This document shows, piece by piece, positions 17,700-27,668 of a stretch of 64,000 bases of DNA. This DNA comes from Thermoplasmata archaeon (lineage in GTDB: Archaea > Thermoplasmatota > Thermoplasmata > Lutacidiplasmatales > UBA184). The notes under the pieces were generated by a model. The model searched no databases, was not told the origin of the DNA, and worked only from the letters and a program-made list of their open reading frames with translations. The stretch is from the NCBI GenBank assembly GCA_028864975.1, contig JAGWLG010000002.1, positions 24,043 to 88,042 on the forward strand, written 5' to 3'. Each line of letters opens with the position of its first letter. Positions within the stretch are counted from its first letter, which is position 1. The position numbers were made by a program, and so were the translations under genes.

Positions 17700-19670
17700 A
17701 TGGCCTCGCGCTCTGCCTCCTATCTCCGGGACCCGATCTACGGTCTGGTCCCGCTCTCGCCGGGGGAGGTCGACCTCCTCGGTATCCCCTTGCTGACCCG
17801 CCTCAAGAGCATCCGCCAGATGGGTTTCGCCTGGTCGATCTTCCCCGGGGCCAATCACACCCGTTTCGAGCACTCCGTGGGGGTCATGCACGCGGCGGGT
17901 CTCCTCGTGCGCGACCTTCCGGGGTTCGACGAGCGCCGTACCCGGATGGTCCGGCTCGCCGGCCTCCTGCACGACGTGGGGCACCCTCCGTTCTCCCACA
18001 CGCTCGAACTGGCCGCGAGGCTCTACGGAAAGGAGGTCAACGCCCCCGAGCTCTCCGCGCTCTCCTCCCATGAGGCGGTGACGGAGCGCCGTGTCGCGAC
18101 GGACCGAGACCTGCGCGAGGTCCTGGAGCGGCACGCGGAGTTCCGGGAGATCGACCCGAAGGAGCTGGCCACCCTCGCCGTGGGACGCCACCCCGACACG
18201 TCAATGAGCCTGATCGTCCACGGGGAGATCGACGCGGACCGCATCGATTACATCACGCGCGACAACCTCCACTGCGGGTTCCCCTCGGGCCTCGACATGC
18301 ACGTCATCCCCTCCCTCTTCCTTCGCCGGGAGGATGGGGAGATCGTCCTCAACGAAGAGCGGGCCTACTTCGCGGAGCAGCTCCTGCTTGCACGCCACCA
18401 TCTCCAGGTCAAGATCCACGACGAGCCCAGGGACCGGCTCGCGGACCTTCTGCTGGCTCGCGCCCTCCGGGCCTTCTTCCTCATCGGCGAGAAGGTCCGT
18501 CGGAAGGAGTTCACCCGCATCGCAGAGATGGCCGGTGACGCCGAGCTCATGGCGCTCCTGCGCGCCTCGGTCCCCGAGGAGACCGCGGAGCTCGAGGCGT
18601 TGCTCGCCGGCCGACCGACGTGGAACGAGCTCGCCGAGATCTCCTTCCCCGAGATCTCCCCGCCCGCCAGGTACGCCGTCAGCCTCCTGCTCTCGGAGTC
18701 CCACCGCGACCTTTCCTCGCGTCTCGCCTCCACCCTCGGGGAGTGGTTGGGGACCGACGTGATCGCGGACGTGTGGGGCGCGACGCCCCCCGGGGCGTCG
18801 CTGCGAGCCGCTGCCCCGGACAGCCCCCGTCCCCCGGTGCCCCTGACCTCGCTTCCCCTGATCCGCGGCACGGTCGCCGCCACCCATCGCGCCATGGGGG
18901 TGCGACTCTACGTTCGGGCGAAGGGGCCCTCGCCCAAGCTCCTGCTCCCTCGGGCCCACGAACGCTACGCTTCGCGTGTGGACGCCGGGTTCGACCTGCG
19001 GAGGGCGAAGAACTTCCACGACCGCCTCTCCAAGGAGGAGGCCCAGGGTTTCATCGTCTCGCTCGAGCTGGAGTCCGCGCTGCTCGCGACCGTCTTGGAC
19101 GCGCACGCCGGGAGGACCTTCACGCCCGATGCCGCGCTCCTCATGCTGAGCGCACTCTTCGAGGCGTTCTCGGCTCCCCCCCTTGAGGAGGTCCGGGTCT
19201 ACCTGGAGGGGGAGACCGGGTTCGCGTCGATCGCCCGGGCCTCGCGCCTACCCGACCGCTGGAAGGAGCTGCTCGGCTCCGCGTTCCCGTATACGGTCCC
19301 CCTCGAGGAGGGCCCACGTCCGACCGTCCTCTCGCGTCCCGACCCGGACCTGGAGGCCGACCTGGACCGTCTCGAGGCCTTCGGCCTTGTGGTTCGCCTT
19401 CCTCGTGAGGAGCGGCGGGGCCGCCACTTTGCTTCGCTCGACCGATATGCGCTCGCGGGATGGGGGCGGGGGCTCGTCCGACAGCTCCTGCTGCGTGACG
19501 AGCGGCTCTCGAAGCTCCACGCCGAGGTCACGAGCGCGCTCTCCCACCTCGTGGCCGAGAACGAAGAGGTCTTCCGCGCCTTCTTCGGACTCGCTGGCCG
19601 TAGCGGGGCCGCCGCGAAGAAGGCCCGTCGCGGGAGCCGAGGGGAGCTTCCCCTACCGGTCAGCCGGTGA
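17700..19670 (+). CDS. HD-domain phosphohydrolase (dGTPase/SAMHD1-like N-terminal domain) with approx. 330-aa uncharacterised C-terminal extension
   Basis: 'LGIPLLTRLKSIRQMGFAWSIFPGANHTRFEHSVGVMHAA' and 'GLLHDVGHPPFSHTLE' are HD motifs of dNTP triphosphohydrolase-type enzymes. Confidence 0.75.
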   Translation: MASRSASYLRDPIYGLVPLSPGEVDLLGIPLLTRLKSIRQMGFAWSIFPGANHTRFEHSVGVMHAAGLLVRDLPGFDERRTRMVRLAGLLHDVGHPPFSHTLELAARLYGKEVNAPELSALSSHEAVTERRVATDRDLREVLERHAEFREIDPKELATLAVGRHPDTSMSLIVHGEIDADRIDYITRDNLHCGFPSGLDMHVIPSLFLRREDGEIVLNEERAYFAEQLLLARHHLQVKIHDEPRDRLADLLLARALRAFFLIGEKVRRKEFTRIAEMAGDAELMALLRASVPEETAELEALLAGRPTWNELAEISFPEISPPARYAVSLLLSESHRDLSSRLASTLGEWLGTDVIADVWGATPPGASLRAAAPDSPRPPVPLTSLPLIRGTVAATHRAMGVRLYVRAKGPSPKLLLPRAHERYASRVDAGFDLRRAKNFHDRLSKEEAQGFIVSLELESALLATVLDAHAGRTFTPDAALLMLSALFEAFSAPPLEEVRVYLEGETGFASIARASRLPDRWKELLGSAFPYTVPLEEGPRPTVLSRPDPDLEADLDRLEAFGLVVRLPREERRGRHFASLDRYALAGWGRGLVRQLLLRDERLSKLHAEVTSALSHLVAENEEVFRAFFGLAGRSGAAAKKARRGSRGELPLPVSR

Positions 19671-20198
19671 AAGGAGCGAACCCTCGTCCGCGAACCTCCG
19701 GGCGGCGATCCTCAGCGATCCCCAGAGGACCAGCGCGGCAAAGGCGTAGAAGGCAAGGGCATACCTGCCCAGGTCGTACTGCACGGCGGGGGAGATCGAT
19801 GCCAGAGCGGCCCCGGAGATGAACAGGGCGAGGAGGGTCGGCACGAGCGTTCCGCAGCAGAGGGAGGGGAGCAACCCTGCGACAAGCGCGGCGAGCGGCC
19901 CTCCCTTCGGGGCCCGACCCGGGCTCGCGCAGCTTGGGTGCCGAAGGAGAAAGAGGTTGACCAGGAAGACTAGGGGAAGCAGGAGTCCCATGAGGACCGC
20001 GAAGCCGGCCTCCTCCGGCTCGATCTCCCCCAATGCCCAGGGGGCGAGCGTCCCCAGGCGGAGGCCGGGAAGGAGGAGGGCGTAGGTGATCCCGACCAAC
20101 GGAACGCCCACCGAGTAGCCAAGCAGGTAGCTCCGTTCGCGAAGCACGCGCCGCACCGCGAGCACTTCGGGGAAGCGGCGACGCGCGGGAACCGCCAT
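19653..20198 (-). CDS. hypothetical membrane protein
   Basis: 4-5 hydrophobic helices, adjacent to the thioredoxin-like gene. Confidence 0.4.
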   Translation of the reverse strand: MAVPARRRFPEVLAVRRVLRERSYLLGYSVGVPLVGITYALLLPGLRLGTLAPWALGEIEPEEAGFAVLMGLLLPLVFLVNLFLLRHPSCASPGRAPKGGPLAALVAGLLPSLCCGTLVPTLLALFISGAALASISPAVQYDLGRYALAFYAFAALVLWGSLRIAARRFADEGSLLSPADR

Positions 20199-20208
20199 CG
20201 CCGGGCCC

Positions 20209-20926
20209 TCAGGTGCCTTGCGCTTCTTGGAGCGCGGCCGGGAAGGAGGCGGGGAGGTTCGTCCCCGTGTCGATCACCGTGCCCCCGGAGTTGATCACAT
20301 AGTACGCGTCCATGTAAGAATCCGGGTTGTAGGTCGTCGTTCCGCCGGAGGAGCCCGCGCCCAGCACCCAGAGGGGGCTCGCCACGTACCCGTTCTGGGA
20401 GGCGAAGGAGCTCAAACTGGGACCGGGCTGTCCCAGGTCGTTGTAGGACTCCACCTCGAGCAGCGTGATCCCTGCCGAACCGTATTGAGCGGCGTAGTTC
20501 GTCGCGAAGTATTGTGTGCCTTGCCCGCAAGTGCTGCAGTAGGTCGCGACCCACCAAAGTACGATCGGGTGGCCCTCGTACGCGGCCAGCTGGTGGTTGT
20601 TCCCTGAAAGATCGGTGAAGGAGAAGTCCGGGGCAGTCTTGCCGACCTGGGCTTGGGGCAATCCTGAGGGGGGCCGCACGAGGACCCAGGCCAGGACAAC
20701 GGCCAGGAGGACCGCGACCCCCACGAGCACCCACGCCCTCCGTGAGCCAGGGACCTTCCACGGGCGCCTCGCACGTGAATCGTTCCGCGACGGGCCGTCC
20801 GCCTCCTCCTCCCAGGTCTTGCCGGGGTGAACGTCACGGATATGACCCCGCAATCGGTCGCGCCGGACCGAGGAGCGGCAATGCGGGCATCGAGCGGTCG
20901 TTCTTGCCCTAGGTCGCTCCCCCATG
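20209..20926 (-). CDS. membrane-anchored thioredoxin-like (TlpA/redoxin) protein with N-terminal cytoplasmic zinc ribbon
   Basis: 'CPHCRSSVRRDRLRGHIRDVH' zinc-finger-like, one TM (WVLVGVAVLLAVVLAWVLV), then 'GKTAPDFSFTDLSGNNHQLAAYEGHPIVLWWVATYCSTCGQ' redoxin fold with CxxC. Confidence 0.65.
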
Positions 20927-21065
20927 ATCGGCCCAGGTGTCACCAGCAACGAGCAGAAGAAGCCGTTTTCCTCTGCGGACCCCACCCGACAGCGCCCTGC
21001 CCCCCCCGTTCCCCGACCGAGGCAGGAGGGTCCGTCCCAGGAGCGCTCATCGCCTCCTCGAAGGA

Positions 21066-22115
21066 TCAAGGGTGGGTCGCAGAAGCTCGGGGTAAGGCCC
21101 TTGGCTCGGCGGGGGACCCGGTCTCACGCCGACCGGACCCACACACCGGAAGTCCTTCGTAGGCATCGATGCGCTCTGGCACGCGCTGCCATCGAACGTG
21201 GTCGTGTCGAGACAGGAGGCGGTCCCCGACAGAGAAGAGGAAGGCGGCGGTCTCGATCGAGGCCAGGAAGAAGAGGGAGCGAAGACCCCGAGGTCTTACG
21301 AGCGTCGTTCGGAACAGGAGCCGTAAGGCCTCCCCGGGCGATGCTCGGGCGAACCGGGGGAAGGTCGAAGGCGGCAGGCCCACCGCCGCGGCTACCTGGT
21401 GGTGTCCGAAGAGGATGCGACGCCGTTGTACGAGGTGGTCGCGGAAATTCCCTGGCACGCTCAGCGCGACCTTCGCTGCGGGCGCGTACCGAAGCGCCCC
21501 TCCGGCCCTCGAGATGCTGGCCGCGAGGTACGAACCGTCGTTGATGGTCCCCGGAGGGAGGGCGGGGAGCGAACGCGTGGACAGGAGCATCAGCTCATCC
21601 GATAGGTGGGTACCGCGCGCCGTGCCGAGCAGTCGAAGGTGGAGCTCATGGTGCAGCTCCCAAAGAAGGGAGAGGGCTTCGAACAGACGGCCCGTTCCTT
21701 GGGGTGGCACGGGTCGCGCCATCGCGCCAAAGGGGGGCGCGAGATCGGTCGTAACCCGGAGCAGGGCCGCAATGGCCCCCGGCTCCGCGCGCGCGTCGCC
21801 GTTGAGGAGGACGACCCTGTCTCCGCGCGCACGCGCGAGGACCTGCCGGATCGCCGCGGACTTGCCCTGGCGGTGGTGCTCGACCACCAGGTGCACCCTA
21901 GGGTCCTGCCGGGCGATCTCCTCGACGATCGGCACGGTACGGTCCGTGCAACCGCTGGCCACGACCCAAAGGTCCGACCAGGCGAAACCCCGCGGCAGTT
22001 CCTGAGCGAGGAGCGATACGATAGCTCCCCGGATGGTCCTCTCCTCGTTGCAAGCGACCACGCCTCCCGAAAGGTCGGTGTTGGGGGTTCGAGCTCCAGG
22101 TCCCACAAGATGCAT
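21066..22115 (-). CDS. family 2 glycosyltransferase
   Basis: 'GGVVACNEERTIRGAIVSLLAQ...VVASGCTDRT' GT2 N-terminal motif, 'LLNGDARAEPGAIAAL' DxD-like region. Confidence 0.65.
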   Translation of the reverse strand: MHLVGPGARTPNTDLSGGVVACNEERTIRGAIVSLLAQELPRGFAWSDLWVVASGCTDRTVPIVEEIARQDPRVHLVVEHHRQGKSAAIRQVLARARGDRVVLLNGDARAEPGAIAALLRVTTDLAPPFGAMARPVPPQGTGRLFEALSLLWELHHELHLRLLGTARGTHLSDELMLLSTRSLPALPPGTINDGSYLAASISRAGGALRYAPAAKVALSVPGNFRDHLVQRRRILFGHHQVAAAVGLPPSTFPRFARASPGEALRLLFRTTLVRPRGLRSLFFLASIETAAFLFSVGDRLLSRHDHVRWQRVPERIDAYEGLPVCGSGRRETGSPAEPRALPRASATHP

Positions 22116-22124
22116 GGGGTCCCC

Positions 22125-23111
22125 CTAGAGGTCGGAGGTGACCGCGAGGACCAATGGCCCGCGCGGTCGCGCAAGCGCCTCGTCCCCATGGGTCGGTCCC
22201 TGTCCGCGATCTCGCGCGTACGTCTGTCGAAGCTGGTCGAACTTCCCGGAAAGGAGGAAGAACTTGCGAAGGCCAGTCACGGATCGGAAGGCCTCCTTGG
22301 TCCTCCCCATGCGACGCTGCCTGCCCGAAATCCATGTCCCCTTGAGCTGCAGGTAGGTCGCCAGGAGAGGGAATCCCACCAAGTTCAGGAGGCGCACGAG
22401 CACCGGGGCCGGATGCGCTGGCGCAGGCCTACCACATGTGGGGAGCCTCCACCGAGCGTAGAGCCGAGGTAGTGCTTCCTGGACCCAGGGCGTGGAAGCG
22501 AGGAACTGACGGTAGAACGCCTCCCCGACGACCGGACGAGCGACCAGGAGCTCCCGCGCCTCCAGCACGCCTCGGCGCGATGCCAGGTATCGTTCGACCT
22601 CATCCTCGTCCACCACATGGTTGAAACACCAGACCCGGCCGCCCGCGCGCGGGTGGAACCGTAGCGCGGCGTAGACGTAGAGAAGGAACGGCCAGAGAGC
22701 GCCGCGACGGGTGATCACGAAGAGGTCGAGGTCGCTCTCGTCCGCCGCCTCCCCATAGGCCACCGAGCCCGTCACGACAACGCACCGCACCAGGCCGAGC
22801 GAAGGGCCCAGCACCTCCGGGAGCTCCTCGAGCGCATGCTTCCACTGTTCCTCAGCCACCGCCCTTCGACCCTCGAGGACGGCGCTGGAAGCGAAAGTCC
22901 CGGCGGGACGAACCCGGTCCTCCTCGAACGACCCTGTTCCCGGGTGGGCACTCAACCACACCTTGAGGTCCTCCGACGTGCGGACCGGCCCTTCGGGGAG
23001 GAGAGCGATCAGGTCGTCGGGCGCGATGGCGGTCTGGAGCATAGCCGCGACCTGGAGCAGGGTCCTCACGCGGTGCTCTTGGTCCTTGAGCTGGTCGGGC
23101 GGTCCTCGCAT
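22125..23111 (-). CDS. nucleotidyltransferase-domain protein (Pol-beta superfamily)
   Basis: 'VVVTGSVAYGEAADESDLDLFVI' is the GS...DxD minimal NTase motif; start at MRGPPDQ (23111); upstream 100 codons of the six-frame ORF are filler. Confidence 0.5.
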   Translation of the reverse strand: MRGPPDQLKDQEHRVRTLLQVAAMLQTAIAPDDLIALLPEGPVRTSEDLKVWLSAHPGTGSFEEDRVRPAGTFASSAVLEGRRAVAEEQWKHALEELPEVLGPSLGLVRCVVVTGSVAYGEAADESDLDLFVITRRGALWPFLLYVYAALRFHPRAGGRVWCFNHVVDEDEVERYLASRRGVLEARELLVARPVVGEAFYRQFLASTPWVQEALPRLYARWRLPTCGRPAPAHPAPVLVRLLNLVGFPLLATYLQLKGTWISGRQRRMGRTKEAFRSVTGLRKFFLLSGKFDQLRQTYARDRGQGPTHGDEALARPRGPLVLAVTSDL

Positions 23112-23429
23112 CGCGTGGCCCTCTGCGTCCACCTTTTGCAGGGGAGTCCGCGTCGCGGTGCGACCATCCGAAAGAGCGGACCGGGCCCTCCCGCGTCGAA
23201 GGCGAGGGTGTCGGTGACCCCATCCAGGGGCACCCGTAGGCGTCGCGCCTACGAAGCCTTCGCCGCCGTCGACGGCGCACATCACCACGGAAGTCTCTCC
23301 CCGAGCCTTTGAGGTAGGCCGAGGGAGAAGCTGGTTCTCCTGATTCTCAAGCGTGGAAAGCGGCGGGCCCTGGAGCGGGCTCGACCCCCATATCCCCCCC
23401 GGGGGAGCGCTCGGCACGGCGACCCTGCC

Positions 23430-24098
23430 CTACTTCGCGGCCCTAGGTGCGGCCTCGCTCGCACGTGGAGGACCCGTCCCCCCACGTCGACGGGCAGCGC
23501 GAAGGCAGAGGACGAGCGCGGTGACGACGACGACGACGGCCGCGACGACCGCGATGATCGCGAACGTGTCCCCGTCCAGCTGGGGCGAGGAGGGGTTCGC
23601 TGAGGTCCCGGGAAGGACAGAAACCAGGCCCTGCATCGAGGGGTAGTGGTACCGGCAAATGAACTGATAGGTCCCCCAGTTCGGGAACGTCACCGTGAAC
23701 GACGCGGTCTGCGAACCGTTCAGGGATCGGTCGGCGAGAAGGTTGGGCCACGTGAACCAGTCTCCCGGTGCGGTCCCCGGACTGGTGCCGGAAGGTGCGG
23801 TCTGATTAACGAGCGAGGAGAGCGTGAACGTGTGGGAGGCCGTTCCCGCATCGGTGACGGTGAAAGTGACGGTCCGTGAGCTGACGCTTGGGCTGGAGGG
23901 AACGAAGCTCAGTTGGTCCGTCACTTGAAGGCTGATGGTTGCGGTAGCCCCGCTGCCGGCCGAGGGGACGTACCTCGGCGGCGCCCCCGGCCCCATACCC
24001 TGAGAGAGGGTCGGGACGATGAGGAAGAGTAGGACCAGAAAGGCGACCGCTCCCGTCTTGAGGTGGAGAGACCGGGTGAGGGGTTCCGGCGGCATCAT
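23430..24098 (-). CDS. type-1 (blue) copper cupredoxin-domain protein, membrane-anchored (halocyanin/plastocyanin-like)
   Basis: Signal/TM 'AVAFLVLLFLIVPTLS', 'ASHTFTL' (His ligand), 'GTYQFICRYHYPSMQGLV' (Cys-x2-His-x3-Met ligands), C-terminal TM 'FAIIAVVAAVVVVVTALVLCL'. Confidence 0.65.
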   Translation of the reverse strand: MMPPEPLTRSLHLKTGAVAFLVLLFLIVPTLSQGMGPGAPPRYVPSAGSGATATISLQVTDQLSFVPSSPSVSSRTVTFTVTDAGTASHTFTLSSLVNQTAPSGTSPGTAPGDWFTWPNLLADRSLNGSQTASFTVTFPNWGTYQFICRYHYPSMQGLVSVLPGTSANPSSPQLDGDTFAIIAVVAAVVVVVTALVLCLRAARRRGGTGPPRASEAAPRAAK

Positions 24099-24263
24099 GG
24101 CGCTTCCCTGCCCTTCCCACGCGCAGCGGAGGAGGGGCGCTCTCCCCAGGGGAGGGTGACTGGCCCGGAGGGGGCGGGCGACGTGGACGTCACGAGGGTG
24201 GGTTCGCCATGAAGGTCTTCGTCGCAGGTCTCCACCGGATCGCTCGCGGCATGACCTCTCCAC

Positions 24264-24932
24264 TCACGAGGTGAGAGATAGTTCGGGCGATGATTCTCGA
24301 ATGTGAGGACGCCCGCGCCCTCCTCGTGAACGGTATGGCCTTCCTTCTCCGAGCACGCTTGGGTCCCGTATCGTGACCACCGCGAGGGTTCCGCCCCACA
24401 GCAGTCCTGGGTAATCGATGAGCCGTTCCGCCCCTCCCGCTCCCACCGTGCCGTACGCCCCCGTGAGCGTCATCAGCAACCCCACCGAGGCCACTCCTAT
24501 GATGGATGCCGTGAAGATCGTGAGCCTGCGCCGCCGATCATGCAGGAAGGTCCAGAAGAAGGCCCAGATCGCGATCGCCGGCAGAACATAGAGGAGGAGG
24601 CCGAAGACCCAGTGGACCTCGGTGCCCTCGGGGAAGACCCCGGCCAGCACAAGATCGGAACCGAGCACGGTCACGACCGGTCGCCCGTATCGGAACCTAC
24701 CCGGGAGGCCTTGGGCGAAGAGGGCGGTCGTCAACCCTAGCCCCGCGAGCGTTCCGTTGAAGAGGGAGGCCAGGGTGGGGTCCCCCACGCCGAGCGCGGC
24801 GATGGGTCCGACCGTGGTTGAATAACCGACCCGGATGGCCTGCTCGAACATGAGGACCGCGGCGAAGAGCACGACCCCTACCAGGAGGACGCTCGGGCCC
24901 AACCTCGGGGCTCTCATCCAACACGTCATCAT
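24264..24932 (-). CDS. hypothetical membrane protein (4-5 TM)
   Basis: Hydrophobic, same strand between small membrane protein and cupredoxin. Confidence 0.4.
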   Translation of the reverse strand: MMTCWMRAPRLGPSVLLVGVVLFAAVLMFEQAIRVGYSTTVGPIAALGVGDPTLASLFNGTLAGLGLTTALFAQGLPGRFRYGRPVVTVLGSDLVLAGVFPEGTEVHWVFGLLLYVLPAIAIWAFFWTFLHDRRRRLTIFTASIIGVASVGLLMTLTGAYGTVGAGGAERLIDYPGLLWGGTLAVVTIRDPSVLGEGRPYRSRGGRGRPHIRESSPELSLTS

Positions 24933-24958
24933 CGTACCCACCCTTAGAGCGGGCCTGC

Positions 24959-25255
24959 TCAGCTGGTTCGCATCTCCACGGAAGCGACGAGGAGCGAAAC
25001 CCCCGCGAGAGATGCCCCGGAGCTGATCGCCGTGCACCAGAAGAGGTCCCCTGTCGCGAAGTACATCGTGGTCCACGCGAGCGGCGTTCCGATTGCCATG
25101 ACGGCCAAGCCGAGCCCGAGCAAGAGCATGGGACGCGAGTGGCGGGACCGGTACGCCACGACCGCCCGTACCACGAGGAACCCGCCAAGAGCGGCCAGGG
25201 CCACGAAGAGGACCCAAAGCGGCCAGAGCGCGAGGATCTCAACGACTTCGCTCAT
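24959..25255 (-). CDS. small membrane protein (3 TM)
   Basis: 98 aa; 4-bp overlap with upstream ArsR gene stop, suggesting co-transcription. Confidence 0.4.
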   Translation of the reverse strand: MSEVVEILALWPLWVLFVALAALGGFLVVRAVVAYRSRHSRPMLLLGLGLAVMAIGTPLAWTTMYFATGDLFWCTAISSGASLAGVSLLVASVEMRTS

Positions 25256-25677
25256 CGCTCACCACCCTTCCTCAGCTCCTCCCAAAGGTCCGCCATCCGC
25301 TCGGACGCAAGGACCCGGAACTTCGCCAGGACCTGCACGCCCCCGCCCCCGAAATGGACCGTTCCTTCGGCAAGGAGCGAGCGGAACAGGTCCGTGCGCC
25401 TCCCCTCGGTCGAGAGCACGGAACGTTGGACCCCCACCAGTCCTGCCCCCTGAAGCTCCCCGAGCTTGCGATAGACCGAGCTCTGGGGGACCGAGAGCTC
25501 CCGCAAGAGATCTTGGACCGTACGGGGCCGGTCGTTGAGCAACGTGAGGATCGCACGGCAGGAAGGGTCTCCCAGGGCCGCCAAGATCGCCTCCTCACGC
25601 TCGACGGAGACTCTGCCGAGCTGGGTAGCGCCAAGGTCCTGCGCTTCATGCTGTCCATCGTTACCGGGATCGGACAT
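25252..25677 (-). CDS. ArsR-family winged-helix transcriptional regulator
   Basis: 'CRAILTLLNDRPRTVQDLLRELSVPQSSVYRKLGELQGAGLV' ArsR HTH. Confidence 0.65.
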   Translation of the reverse strand: MSDPGNDGQHEAQDLGATQLGRVSVEREEAILAALGDPSCRAILTLLNDRPRTVQDLLRELSVPQSSVYRKLGELQGAGLVGVQRSVLSTEGRRTDLFRSLLAEGTVHFGGGGVQVLAKFRVLASERMADLWEELRKGGER

Positions 25678-25901
25678 GATGCACCTTCGGATGGTTCCCG
25701 AATCTGGTAACGGTCTCCCCGACGAGGTCCGAAGCTTCCCACCTCTTATTCCTCACGTGGCGACCAACACGGGTTCAGAGGCGGGACGGGGCCTCGAGCC
25801 CGCGAAGCTGAGCTCGCTTGCGTCTTGAGGTCGCGGACCTGACCTCCCTCCATCCCCTTTTTCGGGTCGGTGACGGTCCCCCCACCGACTTGGAGCGGGG
25901 C

Positions 25902-26795
25902 ATGGAGGGAACGGGCCCCGTCGAGCTCACGCGGGAGGTGAACGGCGCTCCCGCTCACTTCGTGGAGGAGGGGGCCGGTCCCTCGCTGCTCTTCGTGCAC
26001 GACCTGATGGAATCCCTCGTGGCGTTCGGCCCCCTGGTGCACGAGCTAGGGCCCCGCTATCGGAAGGTCTTGGTGGACCTCCCGGGTCTGGGGAAGACCC
26101 CGGTGCCAGAAGGTTGGGACTACACCCTCGCTTCGTACGGCGCGTTCCTGAACGGGGCGTTGCGAGAGTCGGCGTGCCGCGACACGACCCTCATCTTGCA
26201 TGGGTTCGGGGTCCTGGTGGGGTTGGAAGCGCTCTCGGTCGAGGCGGGCGAGGCCTCCCGACGCGTCTCCCGCGTGGTGCTCCTGAACGGCCCGCTCTAC
26301 GACGACGACTCCGCGAGCGTGCTCTCCTTCCTGAAGCGGGGGCCCTTCGAGGCGTTGACCTCGGCACCGCCCATGGACCTCGGGACGTACCGACGGCTCG
26401 TCCTGAAGCGGTTCGGGGACCCGACCTACTTCGACGAGGGCCAGGTCGAGGACCTCTACCACGGCTGGGGACGACACGGGCCCTCGACCGTGCGTGCCGT
26501 CGCGCGACACCTACCGGAACTGCGGGAAGCCCTTCCCCGCCTCCGCTCGAGCCTCTCGAAATGGGGAGGACCGGTCTACGTGTACTGGGGAGAGGACGAC
26601 CCCTTCCTCGGGAGCGAGGCCGCGCACCGGCTGGGGCGCGAGGTGCGCCGGGCGAAGGTCCTGATCTTCCCCGAGGTCGGGTACCTCCCGCACGAGGAGG
26701 CTCCACGCTCGATCTCCGACCATCTGCGGAAGGTCGTGCGCGTGGCGAGGCCCCGTGCCCTTCCTCCCGGACCCTCGGCGCCTCCTGTCGCGTAG
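25902..26795 (+). CDS. alpha/beta-fold hydrolase
   Basis: 'GPSLLFVHDLMESLVAFGPLVHELGPRYRKVLVDLPGLGKT' then 'LILHGFGVLVG' nucleophile-elbow-like region; start at MEGTGP (25902). Confidence 0.65.
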   Translation: MEGTGPVELTREVNGAPAHFVEEGAGPSLLFVHDLMESLVAFGPLVHELGPRYRKVLVDLPGLGKTPVPEGWDYTLASYGAFLNGALRESACRDTTLILHGFGVLVGLEALSVEAGEASRRVSRVVLLNGPLYDDDSASVLSFLKRGPFEALTSAPPMDLGTYRRLVLKRFGDPTYFDEGQVEDLYHGWGRHGPSTVRAVARHLPELREALPRLRSSLSKWGGPVYVYWGEDDPFLGSEAAHRLGREVRRAKVLIFPEVGYLPHEEAPRSISDHLRKVVRVARPRALPPGPSAPPVA

Positions 26796-26796
26796 C

Positions 26797-27591
26797 ATGC
26801 CCGAGTTCGACCTCGTCGCGCCGCTCTACGACGCCACACGTCGGCCGCCCTCCCCGGCCGAGCTGGGGGCCGTCGCGGAAGCCTTGCAGACGTGCACCGA
26901 GGTTCTCGAAGCCGGCGTAGGGACAGGGAGGTTCGCGAAACCGCTCTCCGACCGAGGCTTCCACCTCACGGGGGTCGACATCTCCCGGGAAATGCTGAAG
27001 AGGGCCGGCGAGAAGGGCCTGCCGCGGCTTCTCCAGGCGGACGTCCACCGGCTCCCGTTCCGTGATGGGGCCTTCGAGGCGAGCCTCATCATCCATGTCC
27101 TGCAGCTCATCCCGGAGCCTGCGCGCGCGCTCGAGGAGCTCGCGCGGGTGGCAAGGGAGCGCGTGGTCGCCCACCTCCCCGACCACCGATCGGGGGGGCT
27201 CGCGCTGCGAGGAGAACTGCTGCAGCGCTACGGCGAGATCGCCGCCGAGATGGGGCACCCACTCCCCCCACGTCGTCGCTTTTGGGAGAACACCGAGCGC
27301 GTGCTGAGGGACCTCCCACCGGAGCGCGTCTTCGTGGTGGAGGAGGACATCAGCCCTCCGACGGACCCCGAGATGCGATGGAGGGACCTGCGCGGGTTCG
27401 GGGGGCTCATCACGGTCCCCCCCGAAATGCACGAACGGATCGTGGCAAGGCTCCTGGAGGAAGGTCGAGGGGATGAGCTCCCGCTCGGACCGCGGACGCG
27501 CACCCTCCGTGTGGCGGTCTGGGAAACGTCAGGGCTCCGTCAGCTCATGAAGAACCGTTCTGAACGACGCAACGGGGGTTTGCGCTTCTGA
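26797..27591 (+). CDS. class I SAM-dependent methyltransferase
   Basis: 'VLEAGVGTGRFAKPLSDRGFHLTGVDISREMLKRA' motif I/II, 'FEASLIIHVLQLIPEP'. Confidence 0.65.
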   Translation: MPEFDLVAPLYDATRRPPSPAELGAVAEALQTCTEVLEAGVGTGRFAKPLSDRGFHLTGVDISREMLKRAGEKGLPRLLQADVHRLPFRDGAFEASLIIHVLQLIPEPARALEELARVARERVVAHLPDHRSGGLALRGELLQRYGEIAAEMGHPLPPRRRFWENTERVLRDLPPERVFVVEEDISPPTDPEMRWRDLRGFGGLITVPPEMHERIVARLLEEGRGDELPLGPRTRTLRVAVWETSGLRQLMKNRSERRNGGLRF

Positions 27592-27668
27592 CGGGGCTCC
27601 GGGCGCGTGTCTCCTCGATCGCAGCCTGCCAGGGCGACCACTTCTGGTTGCCCCAGATGGCCGTCCTT

